DNA of 64,000 nucleotides from Eledone cirrhosa. Lineage: Eukaryota. Shown in pieces: positions 1 to 17,322 of the stretch. The DNA lies in the NCBI GenBank assembly GCA_964016885.1, contig OZ024740.1, positions 57,970,001-58,034,000 on the forward strand, read 5' to 3'. The first letter of the stretch is position 1. Every line of letters starts with the position of its first letter. A program made the translations under genes and the position numbers. Under the pieces are notes generated by a model. That model was not told where the DNA came from. It did not search any database and saw only the letters and a program-made list of their open reading frames with translations.

Positions 1-1602
1 TTTAAAATGCGGTTTTTCGCCTAGGACAGAAAAAGTTAATTTTTTTTTTAGCTCATTGCACTTCAAGAAATATAAGTAACCGATATGTAAAGTTTGAAAA
101 AAATCGGTCGGGTACTTCTCGAATTTTAGGGATTTACACACAGACAGACATCCTGTTTTATATATAGACTAGCAGAAAACCACCCGGTGGGCGGTTTTCT
201 GCTAACAAATCTAGTGTATATACTGATATTGTTGAGATTTGGATGAGAAATGTTTTCGGCACCACATGTTCACCGTCTCTCGGTGTGTCTTTAATGCATG
301 TATAAATATATATGTTATCTATACGGTGAAATCTTTGAAATAAATATATGTTAAAACGAAAAAGGAGAAAATAAATAACTGGCGGTTAGAAAAAAATATT
401 CCTATGAAATTTTAATCATACCATTAGGTGTGAATAAGGAAATATTTTTTTATTGTCAAAACAAATGTTCAAAAGTTAAACTTCAAATTTTTGAATTATT
501 TCCAATTTTTTCATGAAATTGAACACTGGACATTGGCTGCTGGAAATGGAAATTAAATCGTATTTAATTGTATTTAAATTTCTAACCTTATTTTATTATT
601 TATATTTTTCAATAAGAAATAAAAAAAAAACATCAACAAAAATTGAAGAAAAAAATTGAACAAATCAAACGTAGGTTATGGAACTGCGCAATCTGATTAA
701 TAAATTACCTCATCAGCAACAACCTTCTTCAAATGGTCCTTATTATCAGCAGCAACAACCACATATTCAATGGCAACCTTCTTCGTATGGTGTCAAGTCA
801 GAACCGCCTCGAACTGGTTACTTCTGGCTTGTGCAAGGTGTCTCTATAGCAACCAGCGATTCCCTCGGCCTCAGTGACCAAAGTCAGTGGAGAGGGGAAG
901 GTAATGTTTCTATAAAGGAAGGGGAAGGTAATATTTCTGTAGCACGTGTTTTAGCGTCTATTCACTCTCTCTGTCTCCCTCCCGCTATCCCCCTCACGTA
1001 GTCTGTCTCTGTCTTTCACTCTCACTCTCTCTCTACGCACGTGTTTCCACTGTCGGACAGACAGACAGAGAAATTGCTGGTTATATATATAAGTAGACTA
1101 GCAGAAAACCACCCGGTGGGCGGTTTTCTGCTAGCAAATCTAGTGTATATACTGATATTGTTGAGATTTGGATGAGAAATGTTTTCGGCACCACATGTTC
1201 ACCGTCTCTCGGTGTGTCTTTTATGCATGTATAAATATATATGTTATCTATACGGTGAAATCTTTGAAATAAATATATGTTAAAACGAAAAAGGAGAAAA
1301 AGAGATTAGTGACGGAAATATAAACGTTATGATACATAAACGTTATGATATAACGATGGAAATATATATTCAAATGGTCCTTGGCATGGTGTCAAGTTAG
1401 AACCGCCTCGAACTGGTTACTTCTGGCTTGTGCAAGGTGTCTATATAGCAACCAGCGATTCCTTCGGCCTCAGTGACCAAAGTCAGTGGAGAGGGGAAGG
1501 TAATGTTTCTATAGCGACAGTGTTTCTCTTGGTAGTACCAAAGTGGAGAAAGGAAGGGGAAGGTAATATTTCTGTAGCACCTACATTTGAGTTTTAGGGA
1601 AG

Positions 1603-1636
<34 letters not shown>

Positions 1637-2428
1637 GAAATGCCCATATATTTCTGTGTGTGTATATATATATATATATATTACACACAGAGAAATGTAT
1701 ATATATTTCTGTGTGTATATATATATATATTACACACACAGAAATGTATATATATTTCTGTGTGCATATATATATATTTCTGTGTGTGTATATATATATA
1801 TATTACACACACAGAAATGTATATATATTTCTTAGAACAAAATTATTATTAATGTTTTGCTGTTCAGAACAATTGGAATTGAAAAATTACTTTTGAAATT
1901 ATTAGTTATTTTACTAATGCTTAGATATGTAAAAATGAAGCAATGTTTCTAATAATTGTTTCTACTTTTGGCACAAGGCCAGCAATTATCCAGTACATTA
2001 CTGGTACTTTATTTTATCGACCCCGTGAGGATGAAAGGCAAAGTTAACCTCGGCGGTATTTGAACTCAGACCGTAAAGGGACGTAACTCCATACTATGAA
2101 GCATGGTGTCCGACTCTCTACAGATTCTGCCAATCCACCGCCCTAATGTCTGTACGTAATGAGGGAGTGAGAGGGGAGAGAAAGAAAGGCAGAGGTGAAG
2201 TGACGAAGTGACTCTCTTCTCCTCCCCCTCCTCCATCTCCCCATTCGTCACAGCGATAGAGGGGAGGAATGTTAGTGTGTTAGAAAGAGAAAGAGTGAGA
2301 GTGAGAGAAACAGACAGACTAAAAGAGAGGGATAGCTGGAGAGAGAGAGAGCTAGCAACCACGCGCGCACGTGTTTCCACTGTCGGACAGACAGACAGAG
2401 AAATTGCTGGTTATATATTATAAGGAGA
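1..2428 (-). mobile_element. Head-to-tail array of non-autonomous Helitron-like units (2428->1098, 1097->169, 168->window edge)
   Basis: On the - strand each unit starts TC (TCTCCTTATAATATATAACC, TCTACTTATATATATAACC, TCTATATATAAAAC) followed by a (TCTG)n tract. The two complete units end in a hairpin + CTAG, and junctions read CTAG|TC. Direct repeats 169-370/1098-1300 and ~790-945/1385-1580. A SINE is nested at 1951-2143. Confidence 0.75.
1951..2143 (-). mobile_element. tRNA-derived SINE, family 1
   Basis: Reverse complement of GGCGGTGGATTGGCAG...GAGTTCAAAT(C)CCGCCGAGGTTAACTTTGCCTTTCATCCTTACGGGGTCGATAAAATAAAGTACCAG...GGCCTTGTGCCAAAAGTAGAAACAATTATT. A/B-box-like head; more than 12 copies in the window. 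Confidence 0.85.
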
Positions 2429-2830
2429 TTACAAAAAAAATAAAAAAATAAAAACCAAGAAAAGGAAAAGAAAGAAAAAAATACACAAGCAGATTATAGA
2501 CACATCTTGGACCACATACATCAAAAGGCAAGCGAAAGGGGTGGACAAACCACAGCCAGAACCAAAAATAATATCGCAAGGAACACTGGAACCTCTCTAA
2601 TATTGCATAGTGAAAATAAAGCTTAATAGGATACGTTTTGACTTTTTGTAACTTTTCCATTCTCTCTTCATTACCAGAGTATTGCAGTATTATTTTAATA
2701 ATAACATATTTATTGCAATTCAACAAATGTGAACATTTTTTTTCGAAATCTTAGTTTACGTTAATAACTATTTTTATTTTCAAAATTAGTATTTATTTCA
2801 TTATTTTGTATAAAGCATTATTTTGTATAA

Positions 2831-3022
2831 AGGGTGGTGGATTGGCAGTATCGGTAGAGGGTCGGACACAATGCTTTCCAGCATAGTTAAGTCCCTTTAC
2901 GATCTGAGTTCAAATCCCGCCGAGGTTGACTTTACCTTTCATCCTTACGAGGTCGATAAAATAAAGTACCAGTAATGCACTGGGTATTTGCTGGCCTTGT
3001 GCCTAAATTAGAAACAATTATT
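2831..3022 (+). mobile_element. tRNA-derived SINE, family 1
   Basis: Full-length copy with GAGTTCAAATCCC B box and ATTATT tail. Confidence 0.85.
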
Positions 3023-3112
3023 TTGTATAAAGCACTACGAAATTATTTTACATAGGTAACATTACCCAATTTTATTCAGAATGGCAAATACGTTAGTGTT
3101 AATATATGACAA

Positions 3113-3421
3113 ATAATTGTTTCGAATTTTGGCACAAGGCCAGCAATTACTCAGTACATTACTCATACTTTATTTTATCGATCCCCGTAAGAATGAAAGA
3201 CAAAGTTAACCTCGGCGGGATTTGACAAATAATTGTTTTTATTTTTTGGCACAAGGCCAGCAATTACCCAGTGTTATTACTGGTACTTTATTTTATCGAC
3301 CCCGTAAGGATGAAAGGCAAAGTTAACCTCGGCGGGATTTGAACTCAGACGATAAAGGCCCATAACTCTTTGCTGCAAAGTATGACGTAGACCCTCCACC
3401 GATACTGCCAATCCACCGCCT
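3113..3421 (-). mobile_element. Two tandem SINE family 1 copies (one 5'-truncated)
   Basis: Same consensus at 3113-3225 and 3228-3421. Confidence 0.85.
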
Positions 3422-3456
3422 TTTGACAAATAATGATCACACTAAAACTATCTTAC

Positions 3457-3477
3457 CTTGGTATTTTACTCATAGAG
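3457..3477 (-). CDS. Candidate 21-nt micro-exon of an unidentified - strand gene
   Basis: - strand reads ttttcattaataacacaacag|CTCTATGAGTAAAATACCAAG|gtaagat. Only one frame is open (xSMSKIPx); phase-symmetric. Confidence 0.25.
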
Positions 3478-3539
3478 CTGTTGTGTTATTAATGAAAATA
3501 AATGTAAATATATAGATACAGCACATACTGTTCTGTATC

Positions 3540-3940
3540 TATATGTGACCGAAAGAATACGATCGCGAATACAAGCGGCTGAAATAGGGTTCCTCCGAAG
3601 GGTCTGGGAAGTAATGTTACTCGATAGAGTGCGTAGCACGGCGATCAGAGTAATTCAAGGTAGAGCAGCTACTTCTCCGAATTGAGACCACTGCTCTGAT
3701 ACTATGGGTATATGGTTAGATTGTCCCAGGAAAAAAATCGTAGGAGAGATTTTACGGGCAAAGCTAGCTGGCAGGAGTAGACCCACAGCAAGATTATTAC
3801 TTAACATCCATGAGCTTGGCTGGTCTCGTATTGGGATCCATCCGGATCAGTTAGAAACGATTGCTTCTGACTGGATCTGGTGGAAGGAGTATTTGTAGAC
3901 TCTGCCACCTCAATCCTCTCAGGAATGAGAGCGAAGACGA
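3540..3940 (+). mobile_element. Degenerate RTE-like LINE 3' fragment
   Basis: Remnant of RIQAAEIGFLRRV...LLDRVRSTAIR...LLLRIE, homologous to the - strand fragments at 46390-46710 and 47860-48580. Confidence 0.65.
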
Positions 3941-4737
3941 GAAGAGTGTGTTAATAAATCTAGTAACATTGGTATTGAACTTTTCTATAAAATAACTTAA
4001 ATATTTTAAAATTCTAATGCTTGTACTGACTTTGTTTACATATTTTGATATTTTTGATATTAAACTCAATTATATTATCTTCGCTGATTTTAATGTTGGC
4101 ACGGCCTATATTATCGATTTGCATATTTAAGAAGTAGACGGCATTAGTGAAACTTTGTGCACTGGAAGATTTTTTAAACTACTGAAGGTTTGGGAGACAC
4201 AAAAAATCAAAGTTTCCAATTCAGTGGCTGCTTATTGGAGATATCTCAGACTAATTTAATAACATTTTTTTTTAAGCACTATGTCTGTAAAGGCTAAAGC
4301 AGATTAAGTTAAGTTACTCAAACTTTTTTGTAATGACCCTAAATAAATCAAATATAAACTAAAACCAAAAGACACAAAAATATTATAAATCAACACCTTT
4401 TATGCTATCACAAACTAGAATCTAATTAGACTGAAAGAAAAGGTTTAAATAAATACAAAACAATAGAAAAGGTATTAAAAAGGAACAAAAAGATAACATC
4501 AAAATTAAATTTAATACATATATTAATGGAAAATAGAGATAAACTTCTTCACTGCCAATATCCGGTGAGATTCATCGTCATCGGTGGTGATGGACCGAAA
4601 TAAGCTACTTTGAAGGCTATCAGTGGATCAAATATTTTTAATTAAATGCAGTAATTAATGGTTCAATTTTAATAGCATAAAATCAATGGCAGACATTTTA
4701 AAATTTGAATATAGGCGAAGATTGCTCAAATCAGGCG

Positions 4738-4772
4738 TATATAAGGTGGAAGCTGGCGTGCGCATGTTCAGT
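4738..4772 (+). promoter_or_regulatory. TATA box + initiator core promoter
   Basis: TATATAAG at 4738-4745 and TCAGT at 4768-4772 (A at 4770, 30-32 nt downstream), followed by aacaacaATG at 4786. Confidence 0.6.
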
Positions 4773-4785
4773 AGAATAAACAACA

Positions 4786-4952
4786 ATGAGTGCAGAAGAC
4801 GTCTGCGAAGCTGTCCGTCAGCTAAGAGAAGAATTATTTACTGATCGCTTTCGTTCAAGCGCTAAAATTGTATACGATGTTGATATACAGGGTGACCAAG
4901 TAGTTCCTTCTAATACATTTGCTTTAAAAACGTCTATTCATCGAATTTCCAG
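4786..4952 (+). CDS. SPO11: Probable first coding exon of SPO11
   Basis: Open frame MSAEDVCEAVRQLREELFTDRFRSSAKIVYDVDIQGDQVVPSNTFALKTSIHRIS(R) ending AG|gtaaaa (phase 2), in frame with the exon at 47083. The N-terminal helix only loosely resembles human SPO11 EASFFDVLDRHRESLL, so the link is inferred. Confidence 0.55.
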
Positions 4953-5879
4953 GTAAAATATTTTCATGTATTCGTTTAAAAAAAGAAAAGAAAAAAATGA
5001 AATATTAATGTCAAACAATGTAAAATCTGCGTAGGGAACTCTATTTTTTTAATTATTTATAATTAAAATTACCCAATGAATTCGTTTAAATCGCACAAAA
5101 AACTCCCCAGTTCATTCATTTACAAGTTTTATAGAAAAAATACTTAAAACGGCAATATAGTAATTTCATTGACCGTTCAAAAACCAGACGACGGCATAAT
5201 TGTTTCAATGAAATATAGGCGATGCTCTTCTGAACACGATTAAAATAAACAAATATTTAGCCAAGTTAAGAAAGCCTATACGCGGCCGCTTGATTTGCTG
5301 GAAATATTTAGTAAATCTCTCTCAAATTAGCTACATTGAAAAAATTGGATAATGTATACGATGTGTTAAAGATAATAAAAAACAGGATGACTGATTTTGC
5401 TCATAGCAATGTGAGATGACTTGGCAGTAGTTCAAATCCTGCCGAGGTTAACTTAGCCTTTTATCCTTACGAGATCGATAAAAGAAAACACCAGTAATGC
5501 ACTGGTTTAATTGCTGGCCTTGTCAAAAGTAGAAACAATTATTGATCTAAGGTAACGACTGCTCAACTTGCTAGAAATAGCAGTCATGTTTCCTCAGTCA
5601 CCCTTGCTGACTGAAAAAAGGGAAAAGCAGATTTCACAGATGATGTAATCTTAGGTATACAAAAACATGAAATGTTCATGAATAGAGTAAATTTGATCAC
5701 AGGTCAGCTCAATTAGTACCGACCTGAGGATAAGTAATGGAATCTAATCGGCGAGGGTGTCTCTACGCTGTCGCTTGACCTACTAGAAATAGCAGCTAAA
5801 TTTCTATTAAATCAGGCTTCCACTCTGTCGTCGACGTTTCTTAGAAAGCAACGATATTTGTGGAAAATAATTTGAAGAT

Positions 5880-6222
5880 ATTTCTACTTTTGGCACAAGG
5901 CCAGCAATTATACCAGTGCATTACTGGTACCTTATTTTATCGATCTCGTAAGGATGAAAGAATGGGAAGGGCCGTAACTCTATGCGTCAAAGCATGGCGT
6001 CCGACCCTATACCGATATTGCCAATCCACTGCCCCTTGAAGATATTGTTTCTACTTTTGGCACAAGGCCAGCAATTATATCAGTGTATTTCTGGTATTTT
6101 ATTTTATCGACCCCGTAAGGATGAAAGGCAAAGTTAACCTCCGCGGGATTTGAACTCAGACCATAAAGGACCGTAACTCTATGCGTCAAAGCATGGCGTC
6201 CACCCTCTACTCATACTGGCAA
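5880..6222 (-). mobile_element. Two tandem SINE family 1 copies
   Basis: Consensus matches at ~5880-6035 and 6043-6222; a partial + copy also lies at ~5430-5545. Confidence 0.8.
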
Positions 6223-6779
6223 TGAACCTAAATATTGTTTGGGTAGTCAATTTCTCTTACTTCAGGGACAATATATTACATACCAGTTCAGTGGTGTAGC
6301 AAGGACTCTCGGCGTCTGAGGGTACTTTTGGCACCCCTATTTTAATAGTAATTGTAGTCCAGAGGAAACTTCATTTAAATGCGTTTTGGCAGGCCCCTTG
6401 ACTCATGGATTGTCTTAGCGTCTGAACGCTTGTCACTTCGCTCGCCATACTAAGCTGAACTTGATTATCAAGCGGCTCCTAGTTCGGGTCAATAATTCCC
6501 CCAATTTTAGAGCAATCGGGATTATCCAGGGTTGATGGGAAGAGGCTCTGGGTAAAAGGTAGATGCCTCATTTGGCAAGTCACAGTATTCCTATAATGAT
6601 TTTTATTATACAGAGCATATAAATAAATCTACAGTAGAATAACATAACAAACATGTTTTAAATATATACATAAATAACATTACAAATGCTTAGACAACAT
6701 TATAAATTGCTCGCGATTCTTTCAGAAGGATATATTCTTTTAATGTTGCAATATTAAAGAAAATGTAAAGGAAGATGTA

Positions 6780-8120
6780 AAAAATGCAACACCAGAGCAA
6801 AAGACAAGAAACGTCGCGAGTACTGGGAAACCTCTCTAATGATTTTTGAGGCCAGCCAGCACACTCGCAGCGTTGTCTCGGGTGATGGCGAGGTTAATGC
6901 GCTGGAACAACCAAGCGCCCTCGCGAGATTCGCCAGTCACCTCTATTAGGCGAGCCACCAGTGAAGAGAGGAACCTCGCAGTCAGCGGCCCGACTCCCCC
7001 ATACGTCTCGAAAGCCACAGGCTGAAAAATATAGCTGGTCGACAGATCACAGTATTTGAGAGCCTTACTCCGCTCGGCTGCGGAGCTGTGGCTCTCGTTC
7101 TAACCGCAGCATCCAGGATGTTGGAAAGAGCAAAATAGTCACTAATAGTGACGTCCCTATCAAGGCACCTGCCTCTCGACCAGGGGCACAGGGTAAAGCC
7201 GTCAGTTTATTTGCCGTCACTTCTGGACAACCCAGATGGTTATTAGATTCAGGGAATGTTCGCCCGGGCCAAAGCTCTCTTGAGAATGAGATTTAGCTTC
7301 GTGTGACGCGCGAAGCGACCGGCATTCAGGCGGCAAGAAAGACCATGGTGGCCTGTGGAGTCGAGGAGTTTGCCGCATCGGGACCTCAAACCCATGCAGA
7401 CGTCAGCTCCCACTCTGAAGGCGATGGAGACACGAAGTTCGTCCAGGCTGTGTAGGCCACCAACGTTGGCCACGGGTAGGGCATCAACCCAGTCGCCTGC
7501 GTATTTGGCGCTGGCAGATAGTAAGCGGCACCTTGCAAACTGATCTGACTGGACGAAGAGGGAGTCGAAGGTGGCCTTCGAACTTATGCTGTCCCAAGTT
7601 CTCTGACTTGTCCACCTTCTCAGGAAGAGACAAGCCCAACTCTCTCCATTGCTGGAGAGCTTGACCCAACTCCCTGTTGGAACTAGTCTATGTTGGAGAG
7701 GAGAGGATGCTGCTCACCAGGGTGGAGGAAAGGAAGCAGGGGAGAGAGAGGGACGAGCACTTACGAAGACCAAGACCCCCAAATCGCTTGGGCAACGCAG
7801 CCTGATCACGGGACTCTGGAGAGAGTCTAATATTTGTTTCTACTTTTGGCACAAGGCCAGCAATTATCCCAGTGTATTACTGGTACTTTATTTTATCGAC
7901 CCTGTAAGGATAAAAGGCAAAGTTACCCTCGGCGGGATTTGAACTCAGACCATAAAGGGCCGTAACTCTTTGCTGCAAAGTATCGCGTCCAACCCTCTAT
8001 CGATACTGCTAATTAATATTGACCAGGCACTCGAGTCTCTCGAAGATTAGGTCATCGAAGCGTTGGAGGCAGAACGAAAATCTGTGAGAGGGGCTGACCC
8101 TGAGCAGATAGCTTAGGAAT
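6780..8120 (-). mobile_element. Degenerate CRE-like non-LTR retrotransposon, 3' part (CCHC + restriction-like endonuclease); SINE inserted at ~7830-8010
   Basis: Frameshifted RCGKLLDSTGHHGLSC...RH, ...DGFTLCPWSRGRCL..D and FQPVAFETYGGVGP...AWLFQRINLAITRDNAASVL. Confidence 0.8.
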
Positions 8121-8484
8121 AGACAGGTAGTTCCTGAGTATGAAGAAACCTTGATGGGGTTCGATAATTTCAGTATTCTTCAGTCACAGTTAGCGACTTT
8201 TTTGTTTCTTCCTACATTCTGAATGTTGTGGCGAAGGCAAGTGTCACTGCACCCAAAGCCGAACAGAATAAAATTCTAAAATACCTAGAATTATCGACAA
8301 AATATACATTTTGTTTTTATGGCATTCGAAATGTTTAGGAGAGCTGGGTCGCTGACAATGATGTTCTCGTTTTTGCGAATCGCCGACGTATCAAGAGATG
8401 CCTGAAAGAATAGTCTTTTCGTTTTTTACACGAACTTGAAATACGCGAATTCCTTTAACGCCTCTTGAAAAAATATGATTACGT

Positions 8485-8958
8485 TCTGAGTTCAAATCCC
8501 GCCAAGGTTAGCTTTGCCTTTCATCCTTACGGGGTCGCTAAAGCACCAGTAATGCACTGGGGTCGATTTAATCTACTTTCCCTTCCCCAAAATTGCCGGC
8601 CTTGTGCCTAAAAACAGTAACCATTGTTAAATATTCACTTTTCGCAAATAACGCATGTGGTTTTTAATTTTTTTATTTATTACAAATTTAGACTTCAATT
8701 ACGCGAACTTGCTTTACGCGCCGCGTTCACGAACGCATCTTCGCGTATAAAGCGAACACACGTTATTCCAGTGGATTGGCAGTGTCGGTGGTGGGTCTGA
8801 CGCCATGCTTTACGGCAAAGAGTTACGGCCCTTTATGGTCTGAGTTCAAATTCCGCCGAGGTTAACTTTGCCTTTCATCCTTACGGGGTCGATAAAATAA
8901 GTATCAGTAATACACTGGGATAATTGCTGGCCTTGTGCCAAAAGTGGAAACAATTATT
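8485..8958 (+). mobile_element. Two SINE family 1 copies (~8485-8630 partial; ~8771-8958)
   Basis: Consensus match. Confidence 0.8.
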
Positions 8959-9317
8959 CCATTACTTATGAACTTTTTGAGACAAAACTGACTTGGCTTA
9001 ATATTTAATTAAAAACTAAAAATTCTTAACATTAATATACTTCATATCTGCGTCATTGTCCACCTTTGTACCTCTTAGCTACGCCTCTTTACTAGATATA
9101 TTTCTGGATAAGGAAAGGGTGTATATTGAAAAGAATGCAAGGATTGTGTTATGAACGAGTCCATCGCCAGAAGGGTGGAGGTACTGCCCCTCTCCACTTT
9201 TCAATGGTGTACCCTTGGATTTAGAAAATAGTATTTATTGAAAGACGTCCTTGCGAAATATTCCTGCCACACACATATATATGAGCACTAAATCCTAACA
9301 ACATGCCTAGTTAGGAA

Positions 9318-10597
9318 CCTCAGTATGTTTTCGTATATGAAAAGGGGGTAAATTTATAGAGCACCCCATTCGATTTTAGTGGGGGGAAACATTTTTTCCT
9401 CAGTTTTTTCGTGTGCTATCAACTAACCTCCAAGATTCTAGCGATCAACTTTTTTCCCCTCAGAGAACGGATTTTTTGCCTGAAAACGGAAAAACTAACC
9501 GTAACCCTAATTCTAATCCGGGGTAAAGAAGTCTATTGCAAGTATCTGAGATGTCCAGGAAAATTTGAGGAAAGATAATTATTTCCCACCAAACGCGTGA
9601 GGTGTGTCGATATGCGAAACCCTGATGGTCTTTTCGCCCCTTTCATTTACTCTTTTTCTACAAATCTAGTCAGTTCCTCTTGGTTTGGAGGTCGTATTCG
9701 TTGATAACATGCGAAAAAAAAAATCATAGGGAAAACTCCAAGGAGTAAGGGACCCGGGCCCACCTCATCCATTGTTTTGGGGGATTTGAAAGATATACCC
9801 TATCCGAAGGCTTTATTCAACATGAGATTGTAAGTAACATTGTTAGCATATGACAAAAGTCAGCTAATTCTCATGAATTACTTCTATAATCGGGAACGAG
9901 AGTGGTACAGGTGAATCTGGGCTTTTGAGACTTTTGGGGGGAAGTTGGGCTGCTGTCGACAGTTTTTATATACCTTGAAGTGAATAGTGAGATATCCGGC
10001 GTGAATTCTACACCTTAACCAAAATCTGTTCTTGAATAGATCCATACATATCAAACTGTTGAAGTAAATACCAGACATTAACTTCATTATTCAGAGAAGA
10101 TAAGTTCTATTTGTCTACAGGTTAACTACTGTGTGACAACCACTTCAACACAGCAGACGTGAAATGAATTACATGAACTGTTCAGAAACACAAAATCACA
10201 ATCATCTCACCTTACTGCAACATTGAGTAATACTCACGATGGTGAATGAATGTTCAGTGCCACTGTCTCACTATAACCCACAATGTCATATTTTAAGTTG
10301 CTGAAGCATGTAATTGAGAGTGTGCATGTATTTTCTTTTGTATTTGGTCAATTTCTGTTCATATTGTTCACTTGTTTGTTTAAATATAAATAAAATCACG
10401 TACTATTCTCTGGTTAATTCTACGTTCTTCGTAAAAAATGGTTTTCACAGCAGTTATTTTCCCTTCTCCAAAATACAAAAACAGCTCTTAGATATAATCA
10501 TACTTTTTATATTTGAAACGGTAGCGAGACATAACACTGACGGTACATAGAGCCCTTTTAATATACCTTTCTTCCCATATATGAAAACATACTGAGG
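9318..10597. mobile_element. Non-autonomous TIR DNA transposon, superfamily unclear
   Basis: CCTCAGTATGTTTTCGTATATG at 9318 is the inverse of CATATATGAAAACATACTGAGG ending at 10597. No intact ORF and no clear TSD. Confidence 0.6.
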
Positions 10598-11228
10598 GTC
10601 TTGCTGTCATAAACATGAAAGGTATGGCTACTAAAAATATATTTCAACCAAGGAAAATTCTAACTATACTATGCATTTAGTTTAAAAGATTTGTCTTTTT
10701 ATTTTATCTTTAAAGCACAAATCGGAATCGTTTATAAATTTACTAATGTAGTTGAACCATTCCTAATTTGCAAAAGCAATCACTTGGAGAATTAATTGTA
10801 TTTCTGGAGTGTATAGAGCGTAAATGAATTTCACATTATATATCATATATACTAATTATTATTTCCCTTGATTCCTTATTTGTTTCACTGTTTGTTTTCT
10901 CAAGGCATATTTATTATTTATTTTCAGTACAATCATTGTTTATAAAAGTTTTCACTCGAATATATTTCATTCAATCATCTTTTTATATATATTGCTTGCA
11001 GTATATATTTTTCAGTACATAACTCATTCAATCGTTTCTATTTTTTTTTCTGTATATATTTTATTGATTTTTCTGCACATATTTAATTCAGTCTTCTTAT
11101 ATCTATTTAATTTCACCTTTAGCCAAAACAAATCTTTGTTTGGTTCGAGCCAATGAGGAAATCTCTTCCATCGTTCAACTACCTGCTATTGACTATTATA
11201 ACTCTGTTTGTGTGCGTGTATGTGTGTG

Positions 11229-15560
<4,332 letters not shown>

Positions 15561-15893
15561 TATATATGTGTGGGTGTGTATATGTGTGTATATATATGTG
15601 TGTCTGTATGTATATATATATGTGTGTTTGTATATATATATGTGTTTGTGTCATCATCATCGTTTAGATGTTTTTGTAACATCTTGCCAAAGTTGGCACC
15701 AACTATAAACAAATTAAGGCCGGGTCATAAGAAGGACAGAGAATGATAAGGGATTTGGGTAAAAACATGTAAACGATGATGATGACACAAACATATATAT
15801 ATATACAAACACACATATATATATACATACAGACACATATATATATACATACAGACACACATATATATACACACCCACACATATATATATAAG
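15561..15893. repeat. Inverted duplication of simple-sequence DNA at the PLE 5' junction
   Basis: 15561-15675 is the reverse complement of ~15762-15893, with a spacer of about 85 bp. Confidence 0.85.
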
Positions 15894-16132
15894 AGAAAAT
15901 AATCACACACGCAATACTAATTAACACCATATCACTATAGAGACCTGTTGTAAATAAACAAAGAGTGTATCGTAAATTTCATTGTAAAAAAAAAAAAAAA
16001 CACATTCACTTGTCACAAAACCTAGTTTCATTTTCGAGGACGTTAAACTTAACCTATGCCTAATGTATATATATATATATATATGTATTACTTCAAAATA
16101 TTAATAAATATAGACATTCATGTGATCAAATA

Positions 16133-16198
16133 TATTTTATTATACATATTTCAGAGGTACTGAGCTATTTCATCAGTACGTCATCATCAGATAAAATA
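16133..16198 (-). ncRNA. Minimal type I hammerhead ribozyme
   Basis: UAUUUUAU-CUGAUGA-[GAcGUACUGA/UCAGUACcUC]-GAAA-UAUGUA-UA^-AUAAAAUA. Overlaps the left arm of the inverted repeat 16087-16177/16266-16357, whose + copy has GAAA changed to AAAA. Confidence 0.8.
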
Positions 16199-16450
16199 AA
16201 TTGATGTCTGACATACCTCAACTGTGTTGATGGTTCAATTCCAATCTTGGCAGGACTGAGGACGCACTGATGAAATAGCTCAGTACCTCTAAAATATGTA
16301 TAATAAAATATATTTGATCACATGAATGTCTATATTTATTAATATTTTGAAGTAATATTAATAACTCCAGAAAACCTCACTGTTGAGTGCTTCTAATCTA
16401 TTGTAAAACTTTATTCATTGATTAATCAATGAACCTTGTTAAACTTTTGG

Positions 16451-16487
<37 letters not shown>

Positions 16488-16614
16488 AAAGTTCTATTTA
16501 AATTGTTGGGATACAACAAGCAAATATTTTTATAACTGATATAAAGCACTCGACAAGTATTTGGAGTAAATATACGATATTAACAAATGGAAACTATATT
16601 TATAAAACCATATT

Positions 16615-16679
16615 TATTTCATTATACATATTTCAAGGACACCAAGTTAAATTATGGTGTGCTTTCATCAGATAAAATA
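16615..16679 (-). ncRNA. Minimal type I hammerhead ribozyme
   Basis: UAUUUUAU-CUGAUGA-[AAGcACACCA/UGGUGUcCUU]-GAAA-UAUGUA-UA^-AUGAAAUA. Confidence 0.82.
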
Positions 16680-16833
16680 TAATATAGAGCAGTTTTATAA
16701 ATAAATATTGACATACCCTTAAAGAATGCAACATTCACAGTTGGAAGCTCCTGGATAATGGGGTTATAAATTTATTTATACTGTTATGTAGTAAATTAGT
16801 ATTGGATATTTTTAAATAAGCCGTTGGGTTACG

Positions 16834-16835
<2 letters not shown>

Positions 16836-16901
<66 letters not shown>
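16836..16901. repeat. (GA)n microsatellite
   Basis: Directly visible. Confidence 0.95.
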
Positions 16902-16903
<2 letters not shown>

Positions 16904-17322
16904 CAAAAGAGAAAAAAGAAAAAAATAGAGAGAAAAAAAGAGAAGAGAAAGCAAAAGCTCTAAGTGATAGTTTGTTGAGTTATCTTAACATTTGAGATGA
17001 AGTGAAAGAATAAATATTTATTTTTTATGGATGAATAGAGAAATGTAAATAATCGCGAATGTAGATACATACATAATAGGAGGATTTTAACCATTGTTTA
17101 AATATGATTAAATGTTTAGTTTATCATTAAAAATTGAGATCTATATATTATTAAGAAATCTCTCTCTCTATATATATATATTAAAGAGTTAAACAAGATT
17201 CAATGAGTATATCAGAGAATGAGTTTTACAGTAGATTACCTTGATTAAATAGACTAGAGTTTTACAGTAGACTACCTTGATTAAATCTTAACCATTTAAC
17301 ATTTCAGGGTATGTCATGTATC

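Noticed and set aside
678-1001. Gln-rich 107-aa ORF
   Set aside because: It lies inside a Helitron-like unit, is partly duplicated at 1385-1580 without the frame, and has no recognisable domain.
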